In this document: positions 1 through 11,355 of the stretch, piece after piece
Layout: each line of letters opens with the position of its first letter
Position numbering within the stretch: the stretch's first letter is position 1
Source: Somniosus microcephalus
Taxonomy: Eukaryota
Assembly: GCA_052327205.1 (NCBI GenBank)
Contig: CM126205.1
Location: 240,622,001-240,686,000 of the forward strand
Direction of reading: 5' to 3'
Length of the DNA: 64,000 nt
Translations under genes and position numbers: made by a program
Notes under the pieces: generated by a model
Told to the model about the DNA's origin: nothing
What the model saw: only the letters and a program-made list of their open reading frames with translations
The model's database searches: none

Positions 1-495
1 GGTAATAATCCAACCCTAGTTCAGCATTGAAAACCTTAGCAACATTTCTATAGAGTACACATTCCAAAAAGGATTATCAATTTTGCCATTCTATTTATTT
101 ATTTTATGTTTAAATAACACAATAATGGATCCAGTAGTTTGGAAACATAGAATGTAGCCCACAATATTCCCAGCCGCCTTAATTTACTTTATATTGTTTG
201 CTAATATTTCTAGATTAATGGCTTTGCCAAAAATACAGTGCCAGGCACACTTTACGAAGACAGGTATTTGGAAATACTGCAGCAGGCGAACAGTGTTTGC
301 CAGACATTTAGAATGTTAGAGCTGAATTGCCCCACAAGCTTGGGTTTAAATCAGTATTCCTTGCCAAAATAAATAATCGGAGTAAACTCAGTGATTTAAG
401 TTCCTTTTTGTTGATATACTGTATTAAAATGAGAAGTTTGCTGAACTTAAGTTAGTGATTGACTGCCTCCATGACTCAGTAGGTGCATGGATTGT

Positions 496-598
496 AAGTC
501 TTGATAAAGGGTTTTGACCTGAAACGTTGACTCTATTTCTCTCTCCACGGATGTTGCCTGGCTTGCTGAGTTTTTCCAGCATTTTCTGTTGTTATTTA
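496..598 (+). mobile_element. Short Penelope-type retroposed element (single arm) with a degenerate minimal hammerhead ribozyme core
   Basis: Flanked by a perfect 11-bp direct repeat GCATGGATTGT (485-495, 599-609). 497-532 reads AGTC-TTGATAA-AGGGT TTTG ACCT-GAAA-CG-TT-GACT, a type I hammerhead layout with core substitutions. Homologous to the right arm of 1061-1270. Confidence 0.65.
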
Positions 599-1060
599 GC
601 ATGGATTGTGTTGTGTGATTCTGAGCCTTACAGACTGGGAAGGTTTAAGTTTAATGCTGGTCCCTCCTTTGTTAGCTGATTTCAAATGTAACGCTGAGGC
701 AAGTGCGGGTGGGGGGGTGGCGGTTGTCAGTGAGAGATGGTTCTCACTCCTGATTGCTCTACGAGAAGTTGATTGTGCATGGTTGTTGGGTGAAGATAGG
801 TTTTGTCTCAGGTGTGTTATCCTTTATAAATTAATAGCCTAGCAACACTCACTGATTAGCTCCAGATGTGAAATATGCCCACTTGGGTGAAGTACTGGAG
901 GATTGCCTACACTTGTGGAATTATACCCAAATAAGAGAAGGAGGAAACAGGAATTTTTTTTGAACCAGAGCACAGGTCTCACAGTTTCTGTGATCATTTG
1001 TATGATACATAAACTGAGACAGTTTCAATTATGGAAAATAGGCAGAGTGCCATTGTAAAT

Positions 1061-1270
1061 ACAAAAGCAAAATACTGCGGATGCTGGAAATCTGAAATAA
1101 AAACAGAAAGTGCTGGAAATACTCAGCAGGTCAGGCACCATCTGTGGAGAGAGAAACAGAGTTAACGTTTCAGGTTGATGACGAAAGTTCATCAACCTGA
1201 AACGTTAACTGTTTCTCTCTCCACAGATGCTGCCTGCCCTGTTGAGTATTTCCAGCATTTTCTGTTTTTA
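1061..1270. mobile_element. Foldback (palindromic) short retroposed element of the same family
   Basis: About 85-bp inverted arms (1097-1181, 1189-1271) around a 7-nt spacer. 13-bp TSD TGCCATTGTAAAT / TGCCATCGTAAAT (1048-1060, 1271-1283). Confidence 0.8.
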
Positions 1271-2137
1271 TGCCATCGTAAATGTTCTTTTAAAAATGTT
1301 GATTAAATGCTACATTTGATTTGTAATATTGTTTCAATGTTTAATAGTAATTTAAACAAATATTGCTATCGAATAATACAGTTTTAAAGTTGTATTGCAC
1401 TGGAATTTCAGTTACTCTTCACTTGAACTGCACATAAATCAAATGCAGATACCTACTTAAAGACTTATATTACAATGAATTATTTCAACTGAATTTTGAC
1501 AACAAATTGTAAGAAAGAATTTCTTGCATCAGATTAATTTATCTTTCATACTATGCTGCATCCAGGGAGCTCTTCTATCTGTTTTTTGGTCTCCATGGAA
1601 ACCATAAAATTGAAACAACAATAGAATTGCTTCTGGTGAAATCAGTTTCTGAAAGTAAGTTACACTCTTTTATAATCATCCACATCATAACTCAATGTTT
1701 ACAGCAACAGATCCTTATATTGAGACATGCTCAGTGAACAGAAAGAAGTCCCAGTTAAGTTTCAGCAAATTACATTTTTTACCTCAGCATATAAGTAGGG
1801 ACCAGCAAATCAGTCATCTTCAAATCATTCATTCTAAAGGTATTCAAGGTTAATAGTGAAGGTGATGTTTGAGGAACACAAAGTGATATGTGTTCACACC
1901 ACTAATGTGTGCTACTCATAAACGATTCCTGGCTTGGTGGTTGCCAGGAAAGTCGTGATAAAGAATGGAGGTCAGTGACAAAAGCACACAAAATTTTATG
2001 TCAATTGTAAAACTTGAGGATCTTCCTAACAAATGGCGCCGGGAGACAATTTTTATTCAGTTGGGTTTGCTTGACTCCTGCATCTGCAAAAGTAGAAAAT
2101 AATTTGTCAGCATTTAAGTAGGAAACATAAAGAAGGT

Positions 2138-3211
2138 GGTCGAATTTAACAGCCCCTCACCCCGGGAACAGTGCAATTTAAGACGGTGGAGGTTGCTTCA
2201 TGTTCCCAACGCTTTCCCACCCCCCACCCCCATTGACTCTAAGGTATGTGGGACTCTATTTTACAGTCAGATATCACGGCATTATTATGTCATCAGTGCT
2301 GTGACGCAATTTTAACTGCTGAGATCAAAAGGCCGATATGAGGCCAAACCCAACAAGTACACCATAGCGGGAGCCATCAAAGAGGCCAAGTTAAGTACTT
2401 AAATCACCTTTTCTTGTGGGCCAAGAGGAGCAGGAGTGCTTCCCCGGGCCCCACAGAGTCCTCGGGCTTCTCCAGCCCCACCGTGCCTCTCCCTTCCAGC
2501 AATGGCACTTGTGGGTAACCCCCTCCCAGCACTAACTTCATCATGTGGGCTGTTCCTTTTGAGTTCTTGGCGCCCTTGGAATCCCACCACAATTTCTTCT
2601 CCTGCCCACTGGCCCCAACATCACTTCCACCAGCTTTGGGAAGGAGACAGTGATGGATCATTCAAATGAAAAAAAAATTATATAGCGTCTTTCACGGCCT
2701 CAGGATGTCCCAAAGCAATTTACAGCCAATGAAGTAATTTTGAAGTGTACTCACTGTTGTAATGGAAACGGGGCAGCCAATTTGCACACAGCAAGCTCCC
2801 AGACAGCAATGTGATAATGACCGGATAATCTGTTTTTAGTGATGTTGATTGAGGGATAAATATTGGCCAGGACATCGGGGATAATTACCCTGCTCTTCTT
2901 CATAATAGTGCCATGGGATCTTTTCCATCCACCTGAGAGAGCAAACAGGGCCTCGGTTTAATGTGTCATCTGAAAGACAACACCTCCAACAGTGCATCAT
3001 TCCCTCAGTACTGCCCTAGAGTGCCAGCCTAGCTTTTTGTGCTCAAGTCTCTGGACTTGAACCCACAACCTTCTGACTCAGAGGCGCGAGTGCTACCAAC
3101 TAAGCCACGGCTGGATAAAAAAATTGTGGGCCTTACGCTGAGCTATCCGCAGGAGTTTCCATCCTGTCCCATCCCCCCACCCCCCGAATGTGCCTCAAGT
3201 TAAAATCAACC
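2138..3211. mobile_element. Harbinger-type MITE interrupted by a SINE
   Basis: Terminal inverted repeats GGTCGAATTTAAC (2138-2150) and GTTAAAATCAACC (3199-3211). Internal GAGGAGCAGGAGTGCTTCCCC motif resembles the one at ~41820. Confidence 0.55.
2678..3113 (-). mobile_element. SacSINE1-like DeuSINE (tRNA head, Deu domain, L2-derived tail)
   Basis: Minus strand starts with a tRNA-like head (TGGCTTAGTTGG ... GGTTCAAGTCC). The central GATCCCATGGCACTATT...TCCTGGCCAATATTTATCCCTCA is the Deu domain. The tail TTGGGACATCCTGAGG...CGCTATATAA resembles the L2 tail at 6765-6810. Confidence 0.8.
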
Positions 3212-4242
3212 ATGAGATGTTAATTACGATTGCCAAATAAATAATGACTATATATCACTTCATGGTGAGGTACAATTAATGTGTTAATAAGTGATAAGTG
3301 ATGATTGTCCCTGTGGACAGTGGAACAACTGGAATTCTTCATTAATGATATTTTCTGCTGACTGCAACTCTTGAGTGATTCTTTAAGTTCATAAAAGGCA
3401 CAAACTTCTGTCTTCTATTTAGCATTACAGAATTCAATATGTATGAAATAATCAACTTTCACACCTCTGAATTAACAGTGCTGTGGGCAGTTAAATTATG
3501 AATTATATATATGATGAAACTTGCCTCAATGATCACTTGTCAATAGAGATTACCGAATGCCTGTCACAACATCAAATTAATCACTCAGACTTGAATTTGT
3601 AATGTATTTTTAAGGATTACTTGAAGTAGGAATGAATATTACATCAATGTATAGATTTCACTACAGAGGTCACAGGAACTGATTGTAAAGAAATTTGCAG
3701 AACAGCAACCATTTCTACATTGTATTTCTATCCCCGTTAAAGACATTTCAGTTTGTTTTTGTTCTTTTTCCTGTGTGTCTTGTGGCAATCCCAACCAGTG
3801 GGAAGATGAGGAATTAAATAGTTGTTAGAGTGAATAATCTGACTAGTTTTAAAATGTGTAGATGAATTTATATATTTTTTGGGTGAATTTTCTGGCTGCA
3901 GTGAAATTGAAGACTTCTTATACTGAGCACCCAGTATTTGTTTCAAGAACCCCAATTGGATGAGATGCAGAGTGAAGCTCTCTCTTCTGCGTGATATACT
4001 TGTGCCTTAACTCCATTTCTGCGCTGTGATCCACAGCCACTAATGTTTTTCTATTTTCTGTGGGAAACTACCTGATTTAGTGCCTCTGACACCTCTTCAG
4101 CTGACATCAGCAACTTTAGAGTGTGAGGAATCGCAGAAGTGAATCTGCACCATACTACTCTTAAGTACAAGAACAATGATGTACCAAATGCATCTGCTAC
4201 ACATATTCTCTAGACTGGCAGCTCACTAGCCCATGTCTGTTA

Positions 4243-4717
4243 TTTATTTATTTTTTTCATTCATGGGATGTGGGCGTCACTGGCAAGGCCAGCATTTATT
4301 GCCCATCCCTAGTTGCCCTTGAAAAGGTGGTGGTGAGCCACCTTCATCAACCGCTGCAGTCCGTGTGGTGAAGGTACTCCCACAGTGCTATTAGGTAGGG
4401 AGTTCCAGGATTTTGACCCAGCAACGATGAAGGATCGGCAATATACTTCTAAGCCAGGATGGTGTGTGACTTGGAGGATGCGCCTGCTGCCCTTGTCCTT
4501 CTAGGTGGAAGAGGTCACGGGTTTGGGAGGTGCTGCTGAAGAAGCCTTGGCGAGTTGCTGCAGTGCATCTTGTAGATGGTACACACTGCAGCCACATGTC
4601 ACTGGTGGTGGAGGGAGTGAATGTTTAAGATGATGGGTTGCTTTGTCCTGGATGGTGTCGAGCTTCTTGAGTGTTGTTGGAGCTGCACTCATCCAGGCAA
4701 GTGGAGAGTATTTCATG
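4243..4717 (-). mobile_element. 3' fragment of CR1-group LINE (family B)
   Basis: Same 3' end (GGGCAATAAATGCTGGCCTTGCC...CCCATGAATGAA) and YSPLAWMSAAPTTLKKLDTIQDKA peptide as the copies at 28462, 51877 and 59607. Confidence 0.85.
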
Positions 4718-5734
4718 TTATGCTAGCCAAAACCTCATGAATAGTTGATGAACTGCATGAATGCTGCTGCACAAAACCTAAAATAGAGGACAAAAATCTG
4801 GTAAATGCCTTTGTAGATTGTTATTCGATACAAGGTCGTAACATATTTTCTGTTGACACTGTTAGAACCTTATTCAGAATTCAGATGGCAGGATAACAGA
4901 TGTGAATGAAGTGCTTGTGTCATACATTGTTTACATTTTATGGTGGCACTATTATTAAAATCATTCAAAAGCATTAAAAACCATGAAAAGTGCATGGAAT
5001 GGAGGGCACACTCAACTGTACAGTAGGAGTAATTTTGCAAGACCCTGCTCCTTATACAGATGGGAGCATAGGTTGCAGAATTGGCCTTTTGGTGTTATAG
5101 CCCTATATCCCACCGTTGCTTCCAGTACACATGCACTTGGAACAGAGCCTCACAAAGTTATGCCTTATATCTATATAGAACATTCTTCAAATTTATCCAA
5201 GCCTTTTGGCATCAACATAAAAATGTTGTTTATTCTTGTCAAAAAAATAGCTGCTAAAACTTCATGATGTATAAGTATAAAAAAAAGTGACATATTCCGT
5301 TACCTCCTTCAGTTATGTTTGTTACCACAAAATTCCAGCAAGAATGCTTGTGGATGACAAGTTAGTTCCTATAATTTAATACCATAGCTAGGGTGATTTA
5401 TAAGTGGACTCAATGTTCTCTTTTATAGTCTCCGATTTCTGAAATAGTTTGCAGTAAAATTGGCACAGTAATAGCAGTTCTGTCTTCAGTTACAGCAACA
5501 TGTTTAGTGGTTCTCAGCAAACTTGCCAATTTAATTAATTTTATGCTCACTGCGCTTCTACACATATCCTCCTATTTAAATTAACTTTTTATAATATTTT
5601 GTTATATTTCTCTTAGATACAATGCCGATCAGAAAAGGGGAAAATGGGAGATTATTTTCATGCAGATATATAATGACTCTTGTTGGTTTGACAAACAATT
5701 CATGTTTTCAGGAATATTAGATGTCTGAATATTA

Positions 5735-6824
5735 GCTTCTCTTCCCGCTCCCGCATCGTTACCTCTGGTGTCCCCCCAAGGATCTATCCTAGGCCCCCTC
5801 CTATTTCTCATCTACATGTTGCCCCTTGGTGACATCATCCAAAAATACAGCGTCAGTTTCCACATGTACGCTGACGACACCCAGCTCTACCTCACTACCT
5901 CTTCTCTCGACCCCGCCACGGTCTCTAAATTGTCAGACTGCATGTCCGACATCCAGATCTCGATGAGCAGAAATTTTCCCCAAATAAATATTGGGAAGAC
6001 CAAAGCCATTGTTTTCGGTCCCCGCCACAAACTCCGTTCCCTAGCCACTGACTCCATCCCTTTCCCTAACATCAGTCTGAGGCTGAACCAGACTGTTCGC
6101 AACCTTGGTGTCATATTTGACCCTGAAATGAACTTCCGACCACATATCCGCGGCATAACTAAGACCGCCTATTTCCACCTCCGTAACATCACCCATCTCC
6201 ACCTTTGCTTCAGCTCATCTGCTGATGAAACACTCATCAATGCTTTTGTTACCTCTAGACTTGACTATTCCAACACACTCCTGGCTGGCCTCCCACATTC
6301 TACCCTACGTAAACTTGAGGTGATCCATAACTCGGCTGCCCGTGTCCTAACTTGCACCAAGTCCCGTTCAACCATCACCCCTGTGCTCGCTGACCTACAT
6401 TGGCTCCCAGTTAAGCAACACCTTGATTTCAAAATTCTCATCCTTGTTTTCAAATCCCTCCATGGCCTCACCCCTCCTTATCTCTGTAATCTCTTTCAGC
6501 CCCACAACCCCCCCGAGATATCTGCCCTCCTCTAATTCTGCCCTCTTGAGCATCCCTGATTATAACCGCTCAACCATTGGTGGCCGTGCCTTCTGTTGTC
6601 TAGGCCCTAAGCTCTGTAATTCCCTGCTGAACCCTCTCTACCTCGCTTTCCTCCTTCATGACGCTCCTTAAAACCTACCTCTTTGACAAAGCTTTTGGTC
6701 ACCTGCCCTAATTTCTCTTTATGTGGCTTGGTGTCAAATTTTTTGTCTTATAATACTCCTGTGAAGCGCCTTGGGACGTTTTACTACGTTAAAGGCGCTA
6801 TATAAATACGAGTTGTTGTTGTTG
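5735..6824 (+). mobile_element. 5'-truncated L2 LINE (RT C-terminal half and 3' tail)
   Basis: ORF 5768-6535 has PQGSILGPLLF, YADDTQLY and SRLDYSN. Tail AAGCGCCTTGGGACGTTTTACTACGTTAAAGGCGCTATATAAAT followed by (GTT)n. Confidence 0.92.
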
Positions 6825-7689
6825 ACCAAACAGTACTTGTCAAGAACTAAGGACAGATCTAGGAACAGGTTCCTCACAAACAGCCTTGCCAGGAGTACTG
6901 TAAACAACAGTTACTGTCACTTTCTACATTGCTGCCATCTTTCAAGCCCCTTACATAATTGTTTCCTCCATCTTGCTCCTACTTCTACAGCATGGGTTCC
7001 AACTTCTTGGTGCTCTATTAGATAACACTTCCTTTATGGATGAAACGAAATCACTTTCATTGAACTTGAGGAAAAAATTATCGTCATCATTGTCTGCTTC
7101 TCCCTTTGCCCAACATCCCCTATATTATATTGTGGCCCAACCCATCTTTCCTAAGAGGGAATGTGAAGGGAGCAACCGTGGGCCATATTTCCAGGGAACC
7201 GTCACCCCAAAAGACTTTGATAATATGATGCACTTTGATAATATGATGCACTACAGATTTATCATTGGGTTTTAGGGACCGCTAGCTACTGGAGGGAAAT
7301 CATGTGTACTGGATATAAAATAAATAAACAACTATTAAAAACCAGCAATTTAAAGATCTTGGTAGAAACCACTCTTTTAGTATCTCCAGCAAGGGTTATT
7401 TTTATAACATGTAGCCTACACTTTGTGGTTTGAAAATATAGTTTAAGAAACTAAACTTCAAAACCAAGAAAGATATTAATATACTCTAGTTTCTTTCAGC
7501 AAAAGAAACACAGTTTTACCAACCAAGCTGGGTGGGTTGAATACACATGCTAAATATAAGACTCAAAAGTTTAACATGTTAAAATCCATATGAATCCAAT
7601 ATAATAGCAGACACATACAAGTAGCTGCATGTGAGAGAGTCCAAAACTAGGGGCCATCAATATAAGTTAGTCACTAATAAATCACTGAA

Positions 7690-8100
7690 TGGGTGTGCAA
7701 TATTTTGCAGGGGGAGGGGAACAGCGGTCCATGTTAGAACCAACAACGTAGGAAGAAAAAGGGTTGAGATCCTACAGAGTTGCAAGAGATATGGATGAAG
7801 TTAAAGAGCAGGACCTCAAAGGTGGTAATCTCTGGATTACTCCCAGTGCCAAGTACTAGTGAATACAGGAACAGTAAGATAAAACAGGTTAACGTGTGAC
7901 TGGAGAGATGGTGCAGGAGGGAGAGCATCAGATTCCTGGGGAATTGGGACCAGTTCAGGGGCAGGAGGGACCTATACAAGATGGACGGGTTGCACCACAA
8001 CAGGGCAGGGACCAATGTCCTAGCGTGGAGGTTAACTAGTGCGTAAGGAAGCGTTTAAACTAATTCGGCAGGGAGAGGGGCAGCAGGATGAAGCATTAGA
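7690..8100 (+). mobile_element. CR1 ORF1 fragment (SGNH esterase domain)
   Basis: Translates, with breaks, to VHVRTNNVGRK...LKSRTSKVVISGLLPVP...LYKMDGLHHNRAGTNVL, typical of the CR1 ORF1 esterase. Confidence 0.7.
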
Positions 8101-8439
8101 GAGGAGAGACATACATAGAATTTACAGCACAGAAACAAGCCATGCTGCTCAACAGGTCTGTGGTGGTGTTTATGCTCCACACGAGCTTCCTCCCACTCTA
8201 TTTACTTATTCTCCCTTGTCAACATATCCTTCTACTCTGGGCACACAAATTGATGACGTTGGGGACGGGGAGTTTGATGCTCCCGTCACCTGCCCAAAAC
8301 CCATTCCGAGTTATAACCCTCCGCATGTTTGATGGATACAATGAGAGAGAAATGCATTGCATACAAATAACATACTAAGCCCCTTTCATGTTCAGCTTAG
8401 CAAATGAGTAGGTGTTTTGTAGCCACATATTCACCGTGA

Positions 8440-9812
8440 CAAATCTTAATGACTTGCATATATAAACATCACAAGGGATTTTAGAAGAGGAATGGATGTC
8501 AAGCAGCAATAGAAGAGTTGGATGACTGAAAGCATGATTGAACAGGCACAAAAAGGCTGAGAAAGAAGTAGCAAGGTGGAGTCGTTTCAGAAGGGAATGC
8601 CAGAGAGTCCAGCCAAGTGGCTAAAGGCTCTGCATCCAGCGTGGGAATGAAGGGGAGGGCCACATGAATAGTAGACCATAGTCAGAATACAGAAGTTACT
8701 GGGAAGTAATGCTGGAGTTGGTTGCAGAGGTCTGGAGTGCAAACCCATGGAGAGATTTATAAACAAAGACGACAATTTGAATTAAGTGCATTGAAGGACA
8801 GGGAGCCAATTAAGATTGGCAAGGAAAGGGATAATGTATGAGTAGGACTTAGTGTGGAACAAAGTGCATGTGTCAGAATTTTGGAGTTTGTTTAGAGTGG
8901 AGCTCAGGAAGCCAGTGAGGAGGGTATGGGTGAAGTCGGGCTGGAGGTAATAAAAACATGACTAAGAATATCAGCGACTGTGAGGATGAGGTAAAGGAGG
9001 AGTCGGGCAACGTTAGGGATGTAGAAATAGGTTGTATTGGCAGTGGCTATGATCTTGCTGTTGAAACTCAACTCAGAATTGAATAGAACACTTGTGCAGC
9101 CTGAAGCAAATAGTCAGGGAGGGGCATGAAGTCATGGAGCAAAGCTGGAATTTTTGGTGGAGCCAAGTAGGATGGCTTCAGTTTTTCCAGTGTTCAACTC
9201 GAAGGAATTCTAATTCATCCTTGACTTAATGTTAGACAAGCAATCTGGCAGCACACATGGTCATGGAATTAAGGATGGTCGTAAAGAGGTAGATCTGGGT
9301 TTTGTCAGCATACATTTAGAAACTGAATCCTGTCTATGGATAATGCTGCCGAGGGACAACTGGCAAAGGAGGCCAAGGATGAAACCTTGGGGTACTCCAG
9401 AAATAACCATGCGGGGACAGAAAAACAAACCATTGTTGGAGTTGCGCTGGCTTTATTGGGATAAGTAGAGGTTGAAAAGAGCACGGGTGGTGCATTTCAG
9501 ATGTACTGCAGGTGAGAGATGGTGGAGAAGGAAGGAATGATTGACTGTGTCACACACCTTGGCGAAGTCAAGAAGCAGAAAGAAGGATAATGCAACACTG
9601 AGGATGTTAGGGCAGAAACCGGCTTGCTTGAGGTAAGTGGGAAGCAGCTGGATGGAGAGGACGTCAGGGGAAAAAACAGATGTCTCATGGAGGGGATGAG
9701 CCTGATGGTGGAGGGGGCGGAATGGGGACAAGAGTGCTATGGGAACAGGGTTGGAGTATGGGAGGGACTGGTAGCATTATGGACCGGGGAGTTGGAGAAG
9801 GCAGGGACTGAG
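8440..9812 (-). mobile_element. Old degraded L2 LINE
   Basis: Minus-strand remnants such as LLLDFAKVCDTVNHSFLLHHLS (ORF 9453-9731) and a PQG-like RT motif near 9385. Many stops and indels. Confidence 0.6.
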
Positions 9813-9813
9813 A

Positions 9814-10938
9814 CTGATTCTGCAGGCGCAGGACGACGCCCCGAATCAGAGGCATCAGAGACGTAGAGAGAGAGTGGCAAACATGGCCAGAGGGAAGAGG
9901 GCCAACAGGCCTGTGCACAGGAGAGCTTAGCCTCCCAGGGTATTCTGGGAACAATTCTCCTACATTCATTTGTCTGAGGAGCAGTGTTTGTGCAGGCTCC
10001 GCTTCAGCAAACAGGTGGTCACTGAGCTCTGCCACCTGCTGCAACCAGATCTGCAGCCTCAACTGAGGACCAGGACATCGCTGTCGGTGGCAGTGAAGGT
10101 GACAGTGGCTCTGAATTTTTATGCCACCAGCTCCTTTCAAGCAGCTACTGGGGACATTGCCAGTATCTCCCAGTTCACAGTCCATTGCTGTATCCGGGAG
10201 GTGACAAATGCCCTCTATAAAAGGAGACGCCAGTTCATCTCTTTCCCGATGACCCAGGCCAAACAGCATGAACGTGCATTTGGCTTTGTGAGGATAGCGG
10301 GCTTCCCCATGGTGCAGGGCGCCATTGACTGCACGCATGTGGCATTGTGGGCACCACATGAGAATGCAGAGGTTTTCCGAAACCACTCTTTAAACGTCCA
10401 GTTGGTCTGTGACCACAGACAGCTGATACTCGGCGTCAATGCCCGCTATCCTGGCAGCAGCCACGATGCTTTCATCCTGTGCCAGACTGGTGTGCCAGAC
10501 CTTTTCCAGGCACCGCATCAGCCAAGTGGTTGGCTCCTCGGGGACAAGGATTATCCACTCTGCACCTGGCTGATGACACCGCTCCGTAACCCCAACACTC
10601 CTGCCGAGCTGCGGTATAATGAGAGCCATATCGCTACCAGGAACATAATTGAGCAGATGATCGGCGTGCTCAAGCAACGTTTCCGCTGCCTGGACCACTC
10701 AGGAGGAGCCCTGCAGTACTCTCCTGAGCGAGTCTCCCTCTTCATAGTTGTGTGCTGCATTCTTCATAACCAGGCAATTCTCAGGACCCAACCAATGCCA
10801 CCAAGGATTGGTGCACCACCGGAGGAGGAAGAGGAAGAGGAGGAGGATGATCAGCAGCAGCACCAAGGCAGGAGGGAGGCCCACAATGTTGAAACTGCAA
10901 GGGCTGTCCATCAACGGCTGATAACAAGCCGCTTCTAG
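9814..10938 (+). pseudogene. Harbinger (HARBI1-like, DDE_Tnp_4) transposase, disabled
   Basis: Motifs VKVTVALNFYAT, GAIDCTHV, YPGSSHDAFIL, LGDKDYPL and IEQMIGVLKQRFRCL. In-frame TAG at 9928-9930 upstream of ORF 9970-10938. FRNHSLNVQ lacks the usual RKGF/Y residues. Confidence 0.88.
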
Positions 10939-11355
10939 CATGGAGAACAACATAATGGAAAGCAACTCGCAACCCCTATAGCCGGCCAAGACAGCAATGA
11001 TTCCAAAGGCCAAACATGTACATTTTGAATACAACAGCTTTTTTATTTTACAAACTGTGTGTGTGTCATTTATTCATGACAAACTAATAGAAACAAACAC
11101 AACAAATCATTAACTAACATAACTGGTTTTCACAAGCTGGAGATAATGGCCAAAACACTGCACAAAAGTTATCAGATGAACCTCGGCCTTTAATTAAAAC
11201 ATTCCCAACATTTCTTGAGACCTCCTACTTTTTGCCCTTCGAGGATGATCTCCTTCCCTTGCGCACTTCCCCCTTTCCCACCCTACTGCTCCTCAGTGGG
11301 GCCTCAGTGGCTGCAGCAAGGCTGGTGGAAGGCTGCTGAATGTCAAATCCTGAGA

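Noticed and set aside
5617-5728. Strong-looking acceptor (TTTCTCTTAG at 5616) followed by short open frames
   Set aside because: All three frames stop within 37 codons, there is no donor and no recognisable peptide. It could be a terminal exon of an upstream gene but cannot be supported here.
7214-7252. 18-bp tandem duplication ACTTTGATAATATGATGC x2
   Set aside because: Simple local slippage with no further structure.
9685-10386. 233-aa antisense ORF over the Harbinger transposase
   Set aside because: Shadow ORF with no motifs; it crosses the L2/Harbinger junction.
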